A stretch of 64,000 nucleotides of DNA from a bacterium (GCA_029547225.1 JAKPPS010000032.1:4065-68064), one strand, 5' to 3'. Counted from the stretch's first letter, positions 48,595 to 58,269 are shown. Made by a program: numbers and translations. The notes: a model not told the origin generated them from the sequence alone.

Positions 48595-49896
48595 ATGGAA
48601 AATATTGAAACAAAAAATAATAATCTTCATGAAAGTGATAACAAAGCTTTTATGGTTGTAGCAAAAACATTAGGCATTATTGCTCTAGTTGTATGTTTTT
48701 TTGCTTTTGGATTTATTGCAGGTAAAGTTATCCCGACATCCAATTTGGGTACTGATCTTCAAGTTAGTAGTGCCGAAGATAAAAATGCAAAGATGGATAT
48801 GTTCTGGACAGTATGGAACGCAATGAATAAATACTATGTTGATGCGGATAAAGTTGATTCAAAGAAAATGGTCGAAGGCGCAATCAAAGGTATGGTTGAT
48901 TCATTTGAAGATCCAGCAACATTATATTTTACTCAAGAAGAGACCGAATTATACAACAATCAAAATTCAGGAAAGCTATTTTCTGGTATTGGAGCAGAGT
49001 TAGGTTATAGAGATGGTTTAATAATTGTCGTTGCACCGATTGAGGGTTCTCCCGCAATAGCTGCTGGCTTAAGGGCTGGCGATGTTATAGTTAAAGTAGA
49101 TGATTATACTGTATTAAGCTCAGATAATGTGTATGATATCGTTGCTAAAATAAGAGGTGATGTAGGTACAACAGTAACACTCACAATATATAGGCAAGGT
49201 GAAAGCGATTATTTGTCTATACCGATAGAGCGTGGAGAGATTACAGTTCCAAGTATGTCACAAAGAGCTTTATCATCATATCAACCAGATTTTGCATCAT
49301 ATGATGATGATTATGCGGTGATAAATATCGCTAGATTTACAGAATCGACATTACCAGAATGGGAAAATAGATGGGATCAGATCGTTTCCGAAATTAGAGA
49401 GGGTGGTTATAGCGGTTTGATACTTGACCTACGCAATAACCCAGGAGGATATTTTGATGCTGCAATCTATGCAGGAAATGATTTCTTACCAATTGGCACT
49501 GTTGTTTCAAAACAAGAAGACAGGGACGGTGCAATACAAGAATATAAGGTAACTAGGATGGGTAAATTACTCGATATCCCAGTTGTAGTTTTAGTAAATG
49601 AAGGAAGCGCTTCCGCATCAGAGATTTTGGCTGGAGCTTTACAGCAAAATGGTCGCGCAAAGGTTATTGGAATGCCTACTTATGGTAAGGGTACAGCTCA
49701 AAATGTACTTCCTTTGGAAGATGGCTCAAGCTTACATATTACTGTTATGAAGTGGTTGTTACCCGATGGGACTTGGTTAAACAATGAGTCACCAATTACT
49801 CCTGATGTTGAGCAAGATAAAACGAATGAAGACTTTACAAAGGGGAACGACCCTCAGATGAAAAAAGCTATTGAAATCCTAGATAATGCTCAGTAG
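48595..49896 (+). CDS. ctpA: Carboxyl-terminal processing protease (S41)
   Basis: It has an N-terminal TM, 'FSGIGAELG', a PDZ domain ('GSPAIAAGLRAGDVIVKVDD'), 'LVNEGSASASEILAGALQ' and 'TYGKGTAQ'. Confidence 0.88.
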   Translation: MENIETKNNNLHESDNKAFMVVAKTLGIIALVVCFFAFGFIAGKVIPTSNLGTDLQVSSAEDKNAKMDMFWTVWNAMNKYYVDADKVDSKKMVEGAIKGMVDSFEDPATLYFTQEETELYNNQNSGKLFSGIGAELGYRDGLIIVVAPIEGSPAIAAGLRAGDVIVKVDDYTVLSSDNVYDIVAKIRGDVGTTVTLTIYRQGESDYLSIPIERGEITVPSMSQRALSSYQPDFASYDDDYAVINIARFTESTLPEWENRWDQIVSEIREGGYSGLILDLRNNPGGYFDAAIYAGNDFLPIGTVVSKQEDRDGAIQEYKVTRMGKLLDIPVVVLVNEGSASASEILAGALQQNGRAKVIGMPTYGKGTAQNVLPLEDGSSLHITVMKWLLPDGTWLNNESPITPDVEQDKTNEDFTKGNDPQMKKAIEILDNAQ

Positions 49897-49944
49897 TATT
49901 AGATAGAGAATTATAAATCTAAATAATTTGTAATAGTAGGAAAG

Positions 49945-51279
49945 ATGGCAAATAACAATAGGACTGAAGAAGTGAAGAAGAGTCAGAACGAAATCCTAGA
50001 TATATCAGATAGTAGTACAAATATCCGTGTTACAAATGAAAATGATGACGTAGTCTCTACGCTTGAATATGCGGATAAGAGAGCTCAAGACGCAATTGAA
50101 GAACAAGAGAAGAAGGAGCAAACAATCAAACAAAAGAAAAAACCGACAAAAACACAGTTATTAATTAGGAAAATACTATTAATAGTAGGGGTGATACTAG
50201 TTTTAGTATTGATTGGATTTATAGTAGGTTTGTGGGTATATCCAAAGGGATACGGTTGGCTCAAGGATCATAATTTCGTTAAGGATGATGGTACAAATAC
50301 TGAAAATGCATTTGTCGGATATGATAAATTAAATCGTGAAATCGTAAGTGAGGAGAGTACAATCATTGATGTTGTGAGAAATACGCAGGATAGTGTGGTA
50401 AGTATTGCAGTTGCAGAATTGTCATTGGGACAAGATGGCTCTACAGAATCAAATAGTATTGGCTCAGGTTTTATAGTTGGTAAAGATGGACTGATAGCTA
50501 CAAATCAACATGTAGTTGCACAGTTAAATCAAAATTATGTAGTAGTAACATCTGATGGAAAACAGTTACCTGTAGAAAATATTTTGCGTGATGACGTAAA
50601 CGATATTGCCATAATAAAAGTAAATGCAAGCGATTTAAATGCATTAACGCTCGGCGATTCTGAACAGCTAACTCAAGGACAACTAGTTATTGCTATTGGT
50701 ACGCCACTAGGTGAATATGCCGGAAGTGTAACTACAGGTGTAATCAGCGGTCTAAATAGAAAGGTTGTTGCAGGCAATTATTGGGGTACGGGTGTTAAAA
50801 ATTATGAGAATGTAATACAAACTGATGCAGCAATTAATCCTGGAAATTCGGGAGGCCCTTTGCTAAATTCCAAGGGTGAGGTAGTGGGAGTAAACTTTGC
50901 TACGACTTCTAATGCGGAGAATATTTCTTTCTCAATACCGATAAATATTGTTTCATCGAGGTTAGAAGAGTATCGTAAATATGGAAAGTTTATCAAGCCT
51001 TATCTTGGTATTCAGTATGATATTATATCCGAGCTTGATGCAATTTATTATAAGAATGTTGTAGCAGGAGCATTAGTTCAGCGAGTAGTACCAGGATCTC
51101 CAGCCGAGAAAGCAGGTATTGTTAAAAGTGATATCGTTACCGAGATTAATGGTATAAAGGTCGAAAATTCAGTATCCTATGTGATTCAAAAATTCAAAGT
51201 AGGTGATGAGATAACAATAAAAGTTTGGAGAAATGGTCAAGTTCTTGAACTAAAAACTGTATTGGACGAATCTGATTAG
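49945..51279 (+). CDS. htrA: HtrA/DegP-family serine protease with PDZ domain
   Basis: The catalytic triad context is 'ATNQHVV', 'DIAIIKV' and 'TDAAINPGNSGGPLLN'. The C-terminal PDZ carries 'GSPAEKAGIVKSDIV'. Confidence 0.88.
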   Translation: MANNNRTEEVKKSQNEILDISDSSTNIRVTNENDDVVSTLEYADKRAQDAIEEQEKKEQTIKQKKKPTKTQLLIRKILLIVGVILVLVLIGFIVGLWVYPKGYGWLKDHNFVKDDGTNTENAFVGYDKLNREIVSEESTIIDVVRNTQDSVVSIAVAELSLGQDGSTESNSIGSGFIVGKDGLIATNQHVVAQLNQNYVVVTSDGKQLPVENILRDDVNDIAIIKVNASDLNALTLGDSEQLTQGQLVIAIGTPLGEYAGSVTTGVISGLNRKVVAGNYWGTGVKNYENVIQTDAAINPGNSGGPLLNSKGEVVGVNFATTSNAENISFSIPINIVSSRLEEYRKYGKFIKPYLGIQYDIISELDAIYYKNVVAGALVQRVVPGSPAEKAGIVKSDIVTEINGIKVENSVSYVIQKFKVGDEITIKVWRNGQVLELKTVLDESD

Positions 51280-52397
51280 TGCTCCATGCAATAATCTTCG
51301 AAATATATGCCTTTAATGTTGAATTGCCTCTCTTTTGATAATCCCATTATTGCAGATAAGAGATTGTCTGAATTTCCTACCAAAGCTAATTTGGGCTCAT
51401 GATCTTTTACACTAGGGTCTAGTTTTAAATATACCTCAGGGGGTATATATGGCGGATTTGATATTATAAACACACTACTTTTATCAAATACGCTCTGGGG
51501 TATATTTTTGAGCCAATTACTATTTATAAATTGAACATCTTTACTATTTAGAATCGCTTTTTTGTCGTCCAATATAGGATTCTTTTTTATTGTTTGATAG
51601 TTGTTAGTAGCAATAGATAAAGCTTCTTGAGAAATATCCGTTCCTATAAAGTCAAATAACGCAAACCATTTACTTACTAAATTACGCTTACGGAGATCAT
51701 TGATGAAACCATCTATTTTATTTCTGTTTTTCTTAAAGTATTCATGCAATTCGAAAATATCTCTTTCAGTGATAAGCCTAGTGTTTGTTTTAAAACATAT
51801 ATGTGGTATTTCAAGCTGTTCCGTATATATTCGATCAGAAATATTCTTGATGTTTATTGAACCAGAAATAATACCACTTAAAATCATGTAAACCGAAGTG
51901 ATTATACAACCTGAACCAGTACCGATATCTATTATTGTAATTGTATTAATTGATGATTTATCGGAATCAAGTTTATCTAACAGGTCATTATTATTAAAAA
52001 CATATTCTGAAAAGAAATATTGTAATATCGATAGGGTAGAGTAGTACACTAAGAATTCCGTATCGGTCCTTGGTATAAGAACATTTTTATCAACCTGAAA
52101 AATATACCCACAAAATTCTGCCGAACCTTTGAAATATTCCCAAGGCATATTGTTCTTGAGCTTCTCAATTATCACATCTATCTGAGAAGAAATAAGTGAT
52201 TTAAGGTTTTCGATACTTTTCTTTGCAGGCTTCTTTTTGTTTGGATTAATAAAATTCTCATTACAGGGATTAGCGGAGATTTCGTTAATTACATATTGCA
52301 GTATCTCGTTTGAAATGCGTAAACTATCAGGGTGATTGATATTCTGGAGTTTTCTTTGCAATTGGGGTAGCAAATCGATAAATTCGCTTGGTATCAT
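51276..52397 (-). CDS. prmC: Release-factor glutamine N5-methyltransferase (with a large internal insertion)
   Basis: It has the SAM motif 'IIDIGTGSGCI' and the catalytic motif 'IISNPPYIP'. It lies immediately downstream of prfA on the same strand. Confidence 0.8.
   Translation of the reverse strand: MIPSEFIDLLPQLQRKLQNINHPDSLRISNEILQYVINEISANPCNENFINPNKKKPAKKSIENLKSLISSQIDVIIEKLKNNMPWEYFKGSAEFCGYIFQVDKNVLIPRTDTEFLVYYSTLSILQYFFSEYVFNNNDLLDKLDSDKSSINTITIIDIGTGSGCIITSVYMILSGIISGSINIKNISDRIYTEQLEIPHICFKTNTRLITERDIFELHEYFKKNRNKIDGFINDLRKRNLVSKWFALFDFIGTDISQEALSIATNNYQTIKKNPILDDKKAILNSKDVQFINSNWLKNIPQSVFDKSSVFIISNPPYIPPEVYLKLDPSVKDHEPKLALVGNSDNLLSAIMGLSKERQFNIKGIYFEDYCMEH
51429..51448. repeat. 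20-bp palindrome ATATACCTCAGGGGGTATAT (site 6, inside prmC)
   Basis: It has the ATATAC-N8-GTATAT format and overlaps the codons for P-Y-I-P-P-E-V-Y, directly at the NPPY motif. Confidence 0.8.
51486..51505. repeat. Near-consensus site AAATACGCTCTGGGGTATAT (site 7, inside prmC)
   Basis: It has the frame AAATAC-N8-GTATAT, centred 57 bp from site 6. It encodes N-I-P-Q-S-V-F on the minus strand. Confidence 0.5.
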
Positions 52398-52401
52398 ACT
52401 C

Positions 52402-53481
52402 TTATTTGTTTTCTTCGAGTAGCTTTATTTTAAGTATCTCCTGGTCGATATCGTTGACAATCTCATCAAGAGAACCATTCATTATTGCCTCAATATTAAA
52501 CCAAGATTTCTTAATACGATGATCGGTAACTCGATTTTGAGGAAAGTTGTATGTTCTTATCTTTTCTGCTCTCATCATTGAGCCGATTTGTGACGAACGC
52601 ATATTTTCTCTTTTTGCGTCTTCCTCTTTTTTCTTTCGGTCATATAACCTAGAACGAAGAAGTTCCATAGCCTTTTCTTTGTTTTGCGATTGATGCTTTG
52701 TTTCCTGACAGCTTACTACAATGCCGGTTGGTATATGTGTTATCCTGACTGCCGAGTCTGTACGATTAACGCACTGTCCACCAGCACCAGAAGCTCTCAT
52801 AACATCTATCCTAAGCTCTGCAGGGTCAATCTGTATATCAATATCTTTGACAAGAGGTAATATTGCAACCGAAGCTGTAGAAGTGTGTATCCTCCCAGAA
52901 GATTCTGTTGATGGGATACGCTGTACGCGATGTACTCCGCTTTCATATTTAAGCTTTTTGTAAATATTTTCACCAACAATATTTGCAATTACTTCTTTGT
53001 AACCGCCTGATTCATTTGCATTACTGTCGACGATGACGATTTGCCATCCATTTGTTTCTGCATATTTGGAATACATCCTAAAAAGGTCAGCTGCAAATAG
53101 TCCAGCTTCATCTCCACCTGCACCAGCTCTGATTTCTAAAACGACAGATTTGTTATCATCAGGATCAGAAAACTTATGTTCTATCTCCAAGGTTTCAATC
53201 TGATTATCAGTATCGCATATTAGAGTCTCAACATTTTTTTGTTCCTCTTTGGCCATCTCAAGTAGAGTAGGGTCCGATTCAGTTTTCAACATTTCCAAAG
53301 CCTGATCATAACGCTCAATATAGCTGAATAGTGTAGAAATAAGTTGATGTAGATTTGAAAAATAGGAGTATTGCGCAAAATTATTACTAGTGGGAGTTGT
53401 TGCGATCAATGCCTCGTACTCGGCTTTCTTTGCACCGATGCTGTCAATATTGTACTTAGAACGGATCTCTGATGTATCCAT
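52402..53481 (-). CDS. prfA: Peptide chain release factor 1
   Basis: It has the GGQ motif 'SGAGGQCVNRTDSAVRITHIPTG' and the RF1-type tripeptide region 'RIPSTESSGRIHTS'. Confidence 0.93.
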   Translation of the reverse strand: MDTSEIRSKYNIDSIGAKKAEYEALIATTPTSNNFAQYSYFSNLHQLISTLFSYIERYDQALEMLKTESDPTLLEMAKEEQKNVETLICDTDNQIETLEIEHKFSDPDDNKSVVLEIRAGAGGDEAGLFAADLFRMYSKYAETNGWQIVIVDSNANESGGYKEVIANIVGENIYKKLKYESGVHRVQRIPSTESSGRIHTSTASVAILPLVKDIDIQIDPAELRIDVMRASGAGGQCVNRTDSAVRITHIPTGIVVSCQETKHQSQNKEKAMELLRSRLYDRKKKEEDAKRENMRSSQIGSMMRAEKIRTYNFPQNRVTDHRIKKSWFNIEAIMNGSLDEIVNDIDQEILKIKLLEENK

Positions 53482-53508
53482 AATTACTTTTTATGATAAA
53501 TTGGGTAT

Positions 53509-53838
53509 TTATTGATTTGAAAGGCTAGCAAGCATGTCCTTAAGTGTGACTGATTTGCTTGAAGGAGTTTGAGTGGAGAATTTTGCTTTTCTTTGAGACA
53601 TTTTTTCCTTCTTGGATCTAAATGAACCCAATGATTTACTCTTTTCTTGTCTTGCTTCAAATTTTGCAACAAGATTCTCAGTATCGACAATTTTTTGTTC
53701 ACCAGTATAGAAAGGGTGACATTTTGAGCAAAGCTCTGTCTTGATTTCATCAACAGTTGAACCTGTTTTAAACTTGTTTCCACAGGAACATGTGACCCAT
53801 ATTTCTTCGTTGTATTTTGGATGAATATTTTTCTTCAT
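53509..53838 (-). CDS. rpmE: 50S ribosomal protein L31 (zinc-binding type, Lys-rich C-terminal extension)
   Basis: '[28 protein letters not shown]...[11 protein letters not shown]'. Confidence 0.9.
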   Translation of the reverse strand: MKKNIHPKYNEEIWVTCSCGNKFKTGSTVDEIKTELCSKCHPFYTGEQKIVDTENLVAKFEARQEKSKSLGSFRSKKEKMSQRKAKFSTQTPSSKSVTLKDMLASLSNQ

Positions 53839-54308
53839 GCTCGGCTATTATAGCAGAGCTATATCTAACATGCAAGTGCTTATTTTGTGATATTTAAGGA
53901 TTTGGGATTAATAAAAGTTTTGAAGAGTTTAGGAGAGTCTTGAAAGGCTTTTATGGTTTTTTATGAGTTTTGAAAAAGATTTTTTTGTTGAAATGAAAAC
54001 TATGATTATACTTGTAGTTTATTTCCATAAGTATGCGCGGGCATTAATGGTGCATAAGGGGGGAGTGAATCAGCGAGTGGAGAGTAAGCAAAAACATAAT
54101 GGTAACGTAGTAATCGTAAAGCAATATTGAGGTTGTTGTTGTAACGGAACATGGGATATAATAATTGCTGATTTGATGATAGATTTACTGAGTGAGGTTA
54201 TTATAAAAAATCGAGCGAATATTTAACCGTAATCTTCCGGTCTTTAGTGTTTAGTGTACAGATAGTAAATTCTGAGTTAAAAATAGGATTATAGGTTCGA
54301 ATCATGTG

Positions 54309-54338
54309 TTGACATATACCCCTAGGGGTATATATAAT
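54309..54338 (+). promoter_or_regulatory. Promoter with an embedded perfect 20-bp palindromic operator
   Basis: TTGACA (54309..54314), then ATATACCCCTAGGGGTATAT (54314..54333, a perfect palindrome), then TATAAT (54333..54338), giving an 18-nt spacer. It lies 32 nt upstream of the CsoR-like ATG. Confidence 0.7.
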
Positions 54339-54369
54339 GTATTAAGATAATATAAATATTAAACAGTAT

Positions 54370-54597
54370 ATGGCGAAAAAAGGACCTGCTTCAATATCAG
54401 ATCGATTAAATAGAGTAGAGGGACAGATTAGGGGTATTGAAAAATTAATTGCAGAAGGTGAATCTACAGAAAAAATATTACCTCAGTTACAAGCGATTAT
54501 TTCTGGTATAGAAAATGTTAAGCTCGAAATGATTAAAGAACAAATGAAAAAACAGCTTCTATCTGAATTAGATAAAGTTGTTGATCTATTAAAGTAG
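54370..54597 (+). CDS. CsoR/RcnR/FrmR-family (DUF156) DNA-binding protein lacking all Cys and His
   Basis: 'SDRLNRVEGQIRGIEKLIAEGESTEKILPQLQAIISGIENVKLEMI' aligns by eye to the family core 'RL.RIEGQ.RGI...C.DIL.Q..A...A...V.L.LL..H...C'. The 75-aa sequence contains no C or H. Confidence 0.75.
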   Translation: MAKKGPASISDRLNRVEGQIRGIEKLIAEGESTEKILPQLQAIISGIENVKLEMIKEQMKKQLLSELDKVVDLLK

Positions 54598-54693
54598 TTA
54601 TTGCATGTTAATGGTATTTCCCTTGAATTGCCAGAGGATAAATAATAACCTTTCTTACCGTCATCTATAGAAAGTGTAAAAAATTTTTCTTAC

Positions 54694-55818
54694 TTGAATC
54701 GTAACGATAAATCAATTTCCAATGATATCGAATCTACAATTTCTTCTTTATTTATGGGGATTTTCCGAGGTAGTCGAATTGTATTTAATCGCTCTGTTTG
54801 GTTGAATCGCCATAGAGGGAGTTTAGTAATTCCTTCTATTTTATTCATTGCTATTTTTATTGCTATTGTAATATTTGTATTTCAACTATCCTGTATTTTT
54901 TCTTCGGGTTATTGTCAAAATTTATATCATGCTATTTATGATTTAAATAACGATGTCGATGGAAAAACTATCGCGGATGATGTCTTTAATCAAAATACAG
55001 CTAATCTTCAGATCGAGGATTCTGATGAAGTTGATAAAGGTACTGAAAAACGAAGTGGTATTAATAAGGTTAGTGAAGTAGTCGAAAACTGCGGTTTAAA
55101 CATTAGTAATAATGAATCTAAACAGATAGTGGAATGCTTCAATAATTACTTTAACTCAAATATGTATTCAGATGCTTTTTTGTGTATAGAAAGCGCAAAT
55201 ATATATGCAGACATTAATTACGGAGATGAATTTGATATCGATAAGGGCATGGTAATTAGACAGAATGGTGCTAATTGGGATGATGAAAATAATATTGTTA
55301 TTACGGGTCATAGGATTAATTTATCTCAACCAAATCATAAAACTCTACTTAATTTGGATGATGTTGAATCTGGAGATAAGATTCTTGTTTTACGTACACT
55401 TCCAAAGGAAAAGCTGGAAGAAACTGCCTTTGAAAACCAAAAAGTCACTGAAAAAAAATCTGCTAATGAATCTTATGATAATATCCACAATGACGAGGTC
55501 CTAAACATTAACAATACAATAGTTTGTAATGCTGAAGATTTTATTTCACATAGAAATATTAATAATAACGATGACTTAAGTAGCGATGGTAAACAAGCAT
55601 TTATCATTTATGAGTACAGTGTAAATATTATAGATGAGGTACTTCCTCAGGAAGTTCAGATAGAAAGTATAATCAGTCCATATTTATATACTAGTGGGGG
55701 TATATATAATGAAAGAAAGTCTACAATTACAATTTATACTTGTACACCCTTGTGGGTATTTAATCGAAGACTGGTTGTATTTGGTATCTTAGAGAATAAA
55801 TATCATTTGTTGCTCTGA
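54694..55818 (+). CDS. Sortase-family transpeptidase-like protein with an N-terminal TM and a large insertion
   Basis: It has a TM 'LVIPSILFIAIFIAIVIFVF', 'NIVITGHRIN...LLNLDDVESGDKILV', the catalytic Cys context 'ITIYTCTP' and Arg 'NRRLVVFG'. TTG start. Confidence 0.65.
   Translation: MNRNDKSISNDIESTISSLFMGIFRGSRIVFNRSVWLNRHRGSLVIPSILFIAIFIAIVIFVFQLSCIFSSGYCQNLYHAIYDLNNDVDGKTIADDVFNQNTANLQIEDSDEVDKGTEKRSGINKVSEVVENCGLNISNNESKQIVECFNNYFNSNMYSDAFLCIESANIYADINYGDEFDIDKGMVIRQNGANWDDENNIVITGHRINLSQPNHKTLLNLDDVESGDKILVLRTLPKEKLEETAFENQKVTEKKSANESYDNIHNDEVLNINNTIVCNAEDFISHRNINNNDDLSSDGKQAFIIYEYSVNIIDEVLPQEVQIESIISPYLYTSGGIYNERKSTITIYTCTPLWVFNRRLVVFGILENKYHLLL
55686..55705. repeat. 20-bp site ATATACTAGTGGGGGTATAT (site 9, inside the sortase-like gene)
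   Basis: It has the ATATAC-N8-GTATAT format, with the left C-tract replaced. The right side GGGGTATATATAATG is a 15-nt identity with the promoter copy at 54325..54339. Confidence 0.75.
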
Positions 55819-56014
55819 AATATATGTGCAATTTTACTTAATGTATTGTACAATAGTCCATCAGTCAGAAATTTTGTGTATGATTTCTATGCATGTAGTT
55901 TGTTTATTTGTGCGTTCTTGCACAAGCTTTAAGTCTGATAGTTAAAGAAAAGACGGAATATTGATGCAACTTGATTGCTCAAAAATCTATTTAAAATGTT
56001 GAAGAGAAAAATTA

Positions 56015-56644
56015 ATGAAAATTAGGTATCAAGGTGAGATGTCAGTAAGAATTGATTGTGATGGTACAGTATTTGTCACTGATCCTCAAAGTTTACAGGT
56101 AACAGGTCGAAAGGCTCCAAAAGTTGAGGCAGATGTTGTACTAGTATCCGATACGAAATATTTGGGTGTTTCCGATTATGCTACACAGGCAAATTTAACG
56201 TTAGAATCGTCAAACCGAGAGAAAGTTTTTGAAATTGTAAATTTCGGCGAATATGAAATAGGTGGAATCATGATTCGTAGAAGCCAAAGAAATGGATTTT
56301 ATATTTTAGATCAGGGTTATGTTCGTATAGTCTATGCAGGTTATATCTCTCCAAACTTTGAAGTAGATAAAGCAAAAAATCTTGGTGATGTTGATGTCTT
56401 AATTCTGCCAGTAGGTGATGGAGGCATTTTTCCAAGCAATCCAAAGTTGTCGAAGATAATACAAATAATTGATCCATCTTATCTTATCCCAATCGCATTT
56501 TCTGGCGAAGGTATGCAAGATATTGATACTTTTATTAAAGAATGTGATCTTACTAAGGGTGAAGATATGAAAGAATTAAAGCTTACTGATGCTCCTGAGA
56601 AGGATGAGAAGACACTGAAGGTTATAGTTTTACCAGAAAAATAG
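56015..56644 (+). CDS. MBL-fold (UPF0173-like) protein with degenerate metal-binding motif
   Basis: 'MKIRYQGEMSVRIDCDGTVFVTDP' and 'VDVLILPVGDGGIFPSNPKLSKIIQIIDPSYLIPIAF' resemble UPF0173 metallo-hydrolases from memory. The expected HxHxDH position reads 'VSDTKYLGVSD'. Confidence 0.45.
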   Translation: MKIRYQGEMSVRIDCDGTVFVTDPQSLQVTGRKAPKVEADVVLVSDTKYLGVSDYATQANLTLESSNREKVFEIVNFGEYEIGGIMIRRSQRNGFYILDQGYVRIVYAGYISPNFEVDKAKNLGDVDVLILPVGDGGIFPSNPKLSKIIQIIDPSYLIPIAFSGEGMQDIDTFIKECDLTKGEDMKELKLTDAPEKDEKTLKVIVLPEK

Positions 56645-56958
56645 AATCTTAAGTTTGCGAACTATTCAATTAAAATATAAACATTGATCTGGCTACTTTC
56701 AGATATATAGAAGAGATAATTTTTGGAAAAATCTTTTTGTAGAGTAGGGAGTAGAGTTTAATAAATTAATTATTACTTTTCGACAGCAAGACTAAATACA
56801 ATATATCTGCATTAGAATATAAGTTTGAGAAACGGTTGAAATTTAGATACATTTGATATATAAGTAAACTAAATATTAAACAATACTAGTCTTGTTTTAC
56901 TCGATGTATATGTTCTGTAAAATATAAAGAATTTATTTTTATAATAATTAAAGAAAAT

Positions 56959-58269
56959 ATGGATAGATTACCTCCTCAGAATATAGAAGCAGAACAGTCA
57001 GTTATTGGTGCAATGCTTTTGGATAAGAATGCAGTTATCGATGTAGCCGAGTTTTTGACTGCAGAACATTTCTATGACCAGAAGAATGCAATCGTTTTTT
57101 CTACGATTATTGAGCTATTTGAAGAGGGTGCTCCAATCGATTTAGTTACTGTTTCTGACCGCCTAAAGAGTAAAGATATGCTAAAAAAGATTGGTGGTAG
57201 GACATATTTAAATGATCTTGTTGCGATGGTTCCTACAAGTGCCCATGTTGAAGAATATGGAAATATTGTTAAAGATAATGCTGTCCGTCGTGGATTGATT
57301 TCGGTTTCCTCAGAGATCAATAAAATCAGTTATCAAGAAAATCTCCCAATAAGGGATATTGTTGATAAATCAGAGCAGATGCTATTTTCTTTAGCTCAGG
57401 AGGGTGTGAGGAGTAAGTTTGTGCCAATAAAAGATTTGCTGAAAGCAGCTTATGAAAGAGCTGAGAAGATTGGTAAGGAAGGTGATATTATGGGAGTATC
57501 CACGGGCTTAAGGGATCTAGATCTTTTACTTGGTGGATTTCAAAAGTCTGATTTGGTTGTTCTTGCTGCAAGGCCTTCAGTCGGTAAAACTGCACTTGCA
57601 CTTGATATGATGAGACACGCAGCAGTTATCGAAAAGAAGAAAGTTGCTTTTTTCTCGCTTGAAATGTCTACCGTTCAGATTATTGACAGGTTGATCGGTA
57701 TGCAGGGCGGTATCCCATTCTGGGAGATCAGAACCGGAAAAATGTCAGACGAGAAATTTATAAAATATAGTGATGCAATGGGTGTTTTGTCTGAATGTGA
57801 GATGTATATTGATGATACACCTGGTCAGAATATTACTGAAATTCGTACAAAAGCTCGTAGGTTAGCTATTGAGCATGGTATAGATATTGTTTTTATCGAC
57901 TATCTACAGCTAGTTGTTGGTCATTCGAAGGATAATCGTGTTCAAGAAGTTGCTGAAATTTCCAGAGGCCTAAAGAACTTAGCTAGAGAGCTTGATGTCC
58001 CAGTAATAGCTTTATCGCAGCTTTCCCGTGCAATCGAACAGAGAGGTACAAGGATGCCTCAACTTAGTGATCTTAGAGAATCGGGTTCTATTGAGCAGGA
58101 TGCTGACGTTGTAATCTTTATCGAAAGAGAGGATTCATATAATCCTGATACTGAGAGGAAAGGTATTGCTGATATTATTGTTGCAAAGCACCGTAATGGT
58201 CCTACGGGCAAAATTGAAGTGGCATTTGTTAAAGATTTGGCGAGCTTCAGAAATCTTTACAAGAAGTAG
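56959..58269 (+). CDS. dnaB: Replicative DNA helicase
   Basis: It has 'PPQNIEAEQSVIGAMLLD', Walker A 'AARPSVGKTALALDM', 'FIDYLQLV' and 'ALSQLSRAIEQR'. Confidence 0.93.
   Translation: MDRLPPQNIEAEQSVIGAMLLDKNAVIDVAEFLTAEHFYDQKNAIVFSTIIELFEEGAPIDLVTVSDRLKSKDMLKKIGGRTYLNDLVAMVPTSAHVEEYGNIVKDNAVRRGLISVSSEINKISYQENLPIRDIVDKSEQMLFSLAQEGVRSKFVPIKDLLKAAYERAEKIGKEGDIMGVSTGLRDLDLLLGGFQKSDLVVLAARPSVGKTALALDMMRHAAVIEKKKVAFFSLEMSTVQIIDRLIGMQGGIPFWEIRTGKMSDEKFIKYSDAMGVLSECEMYIDDTPGQNITEIRTKARRLAIEHGIDIVFIDYLQLVVGHSKDNRVQEVAEISRGLKNLARELDVPVIALSQLSRAIEQRGTRMPQLSDLRESGSIEQDADVVIFIEREDSYNPDTERKGIADIIVAKHRNGPTGKIEVAFVKDLASFRNLYKK

Noticed and set aside
53484-53783. 99-aa minus-strand ORF overlapping rpmE in another frame.
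   Set aside because: The overlapping frame at 53509..53838 encodes an unmistakable L31 (CSCG...[10 protein letters not shown]). The alternative frame is an artefact of the Lys-rich tail.
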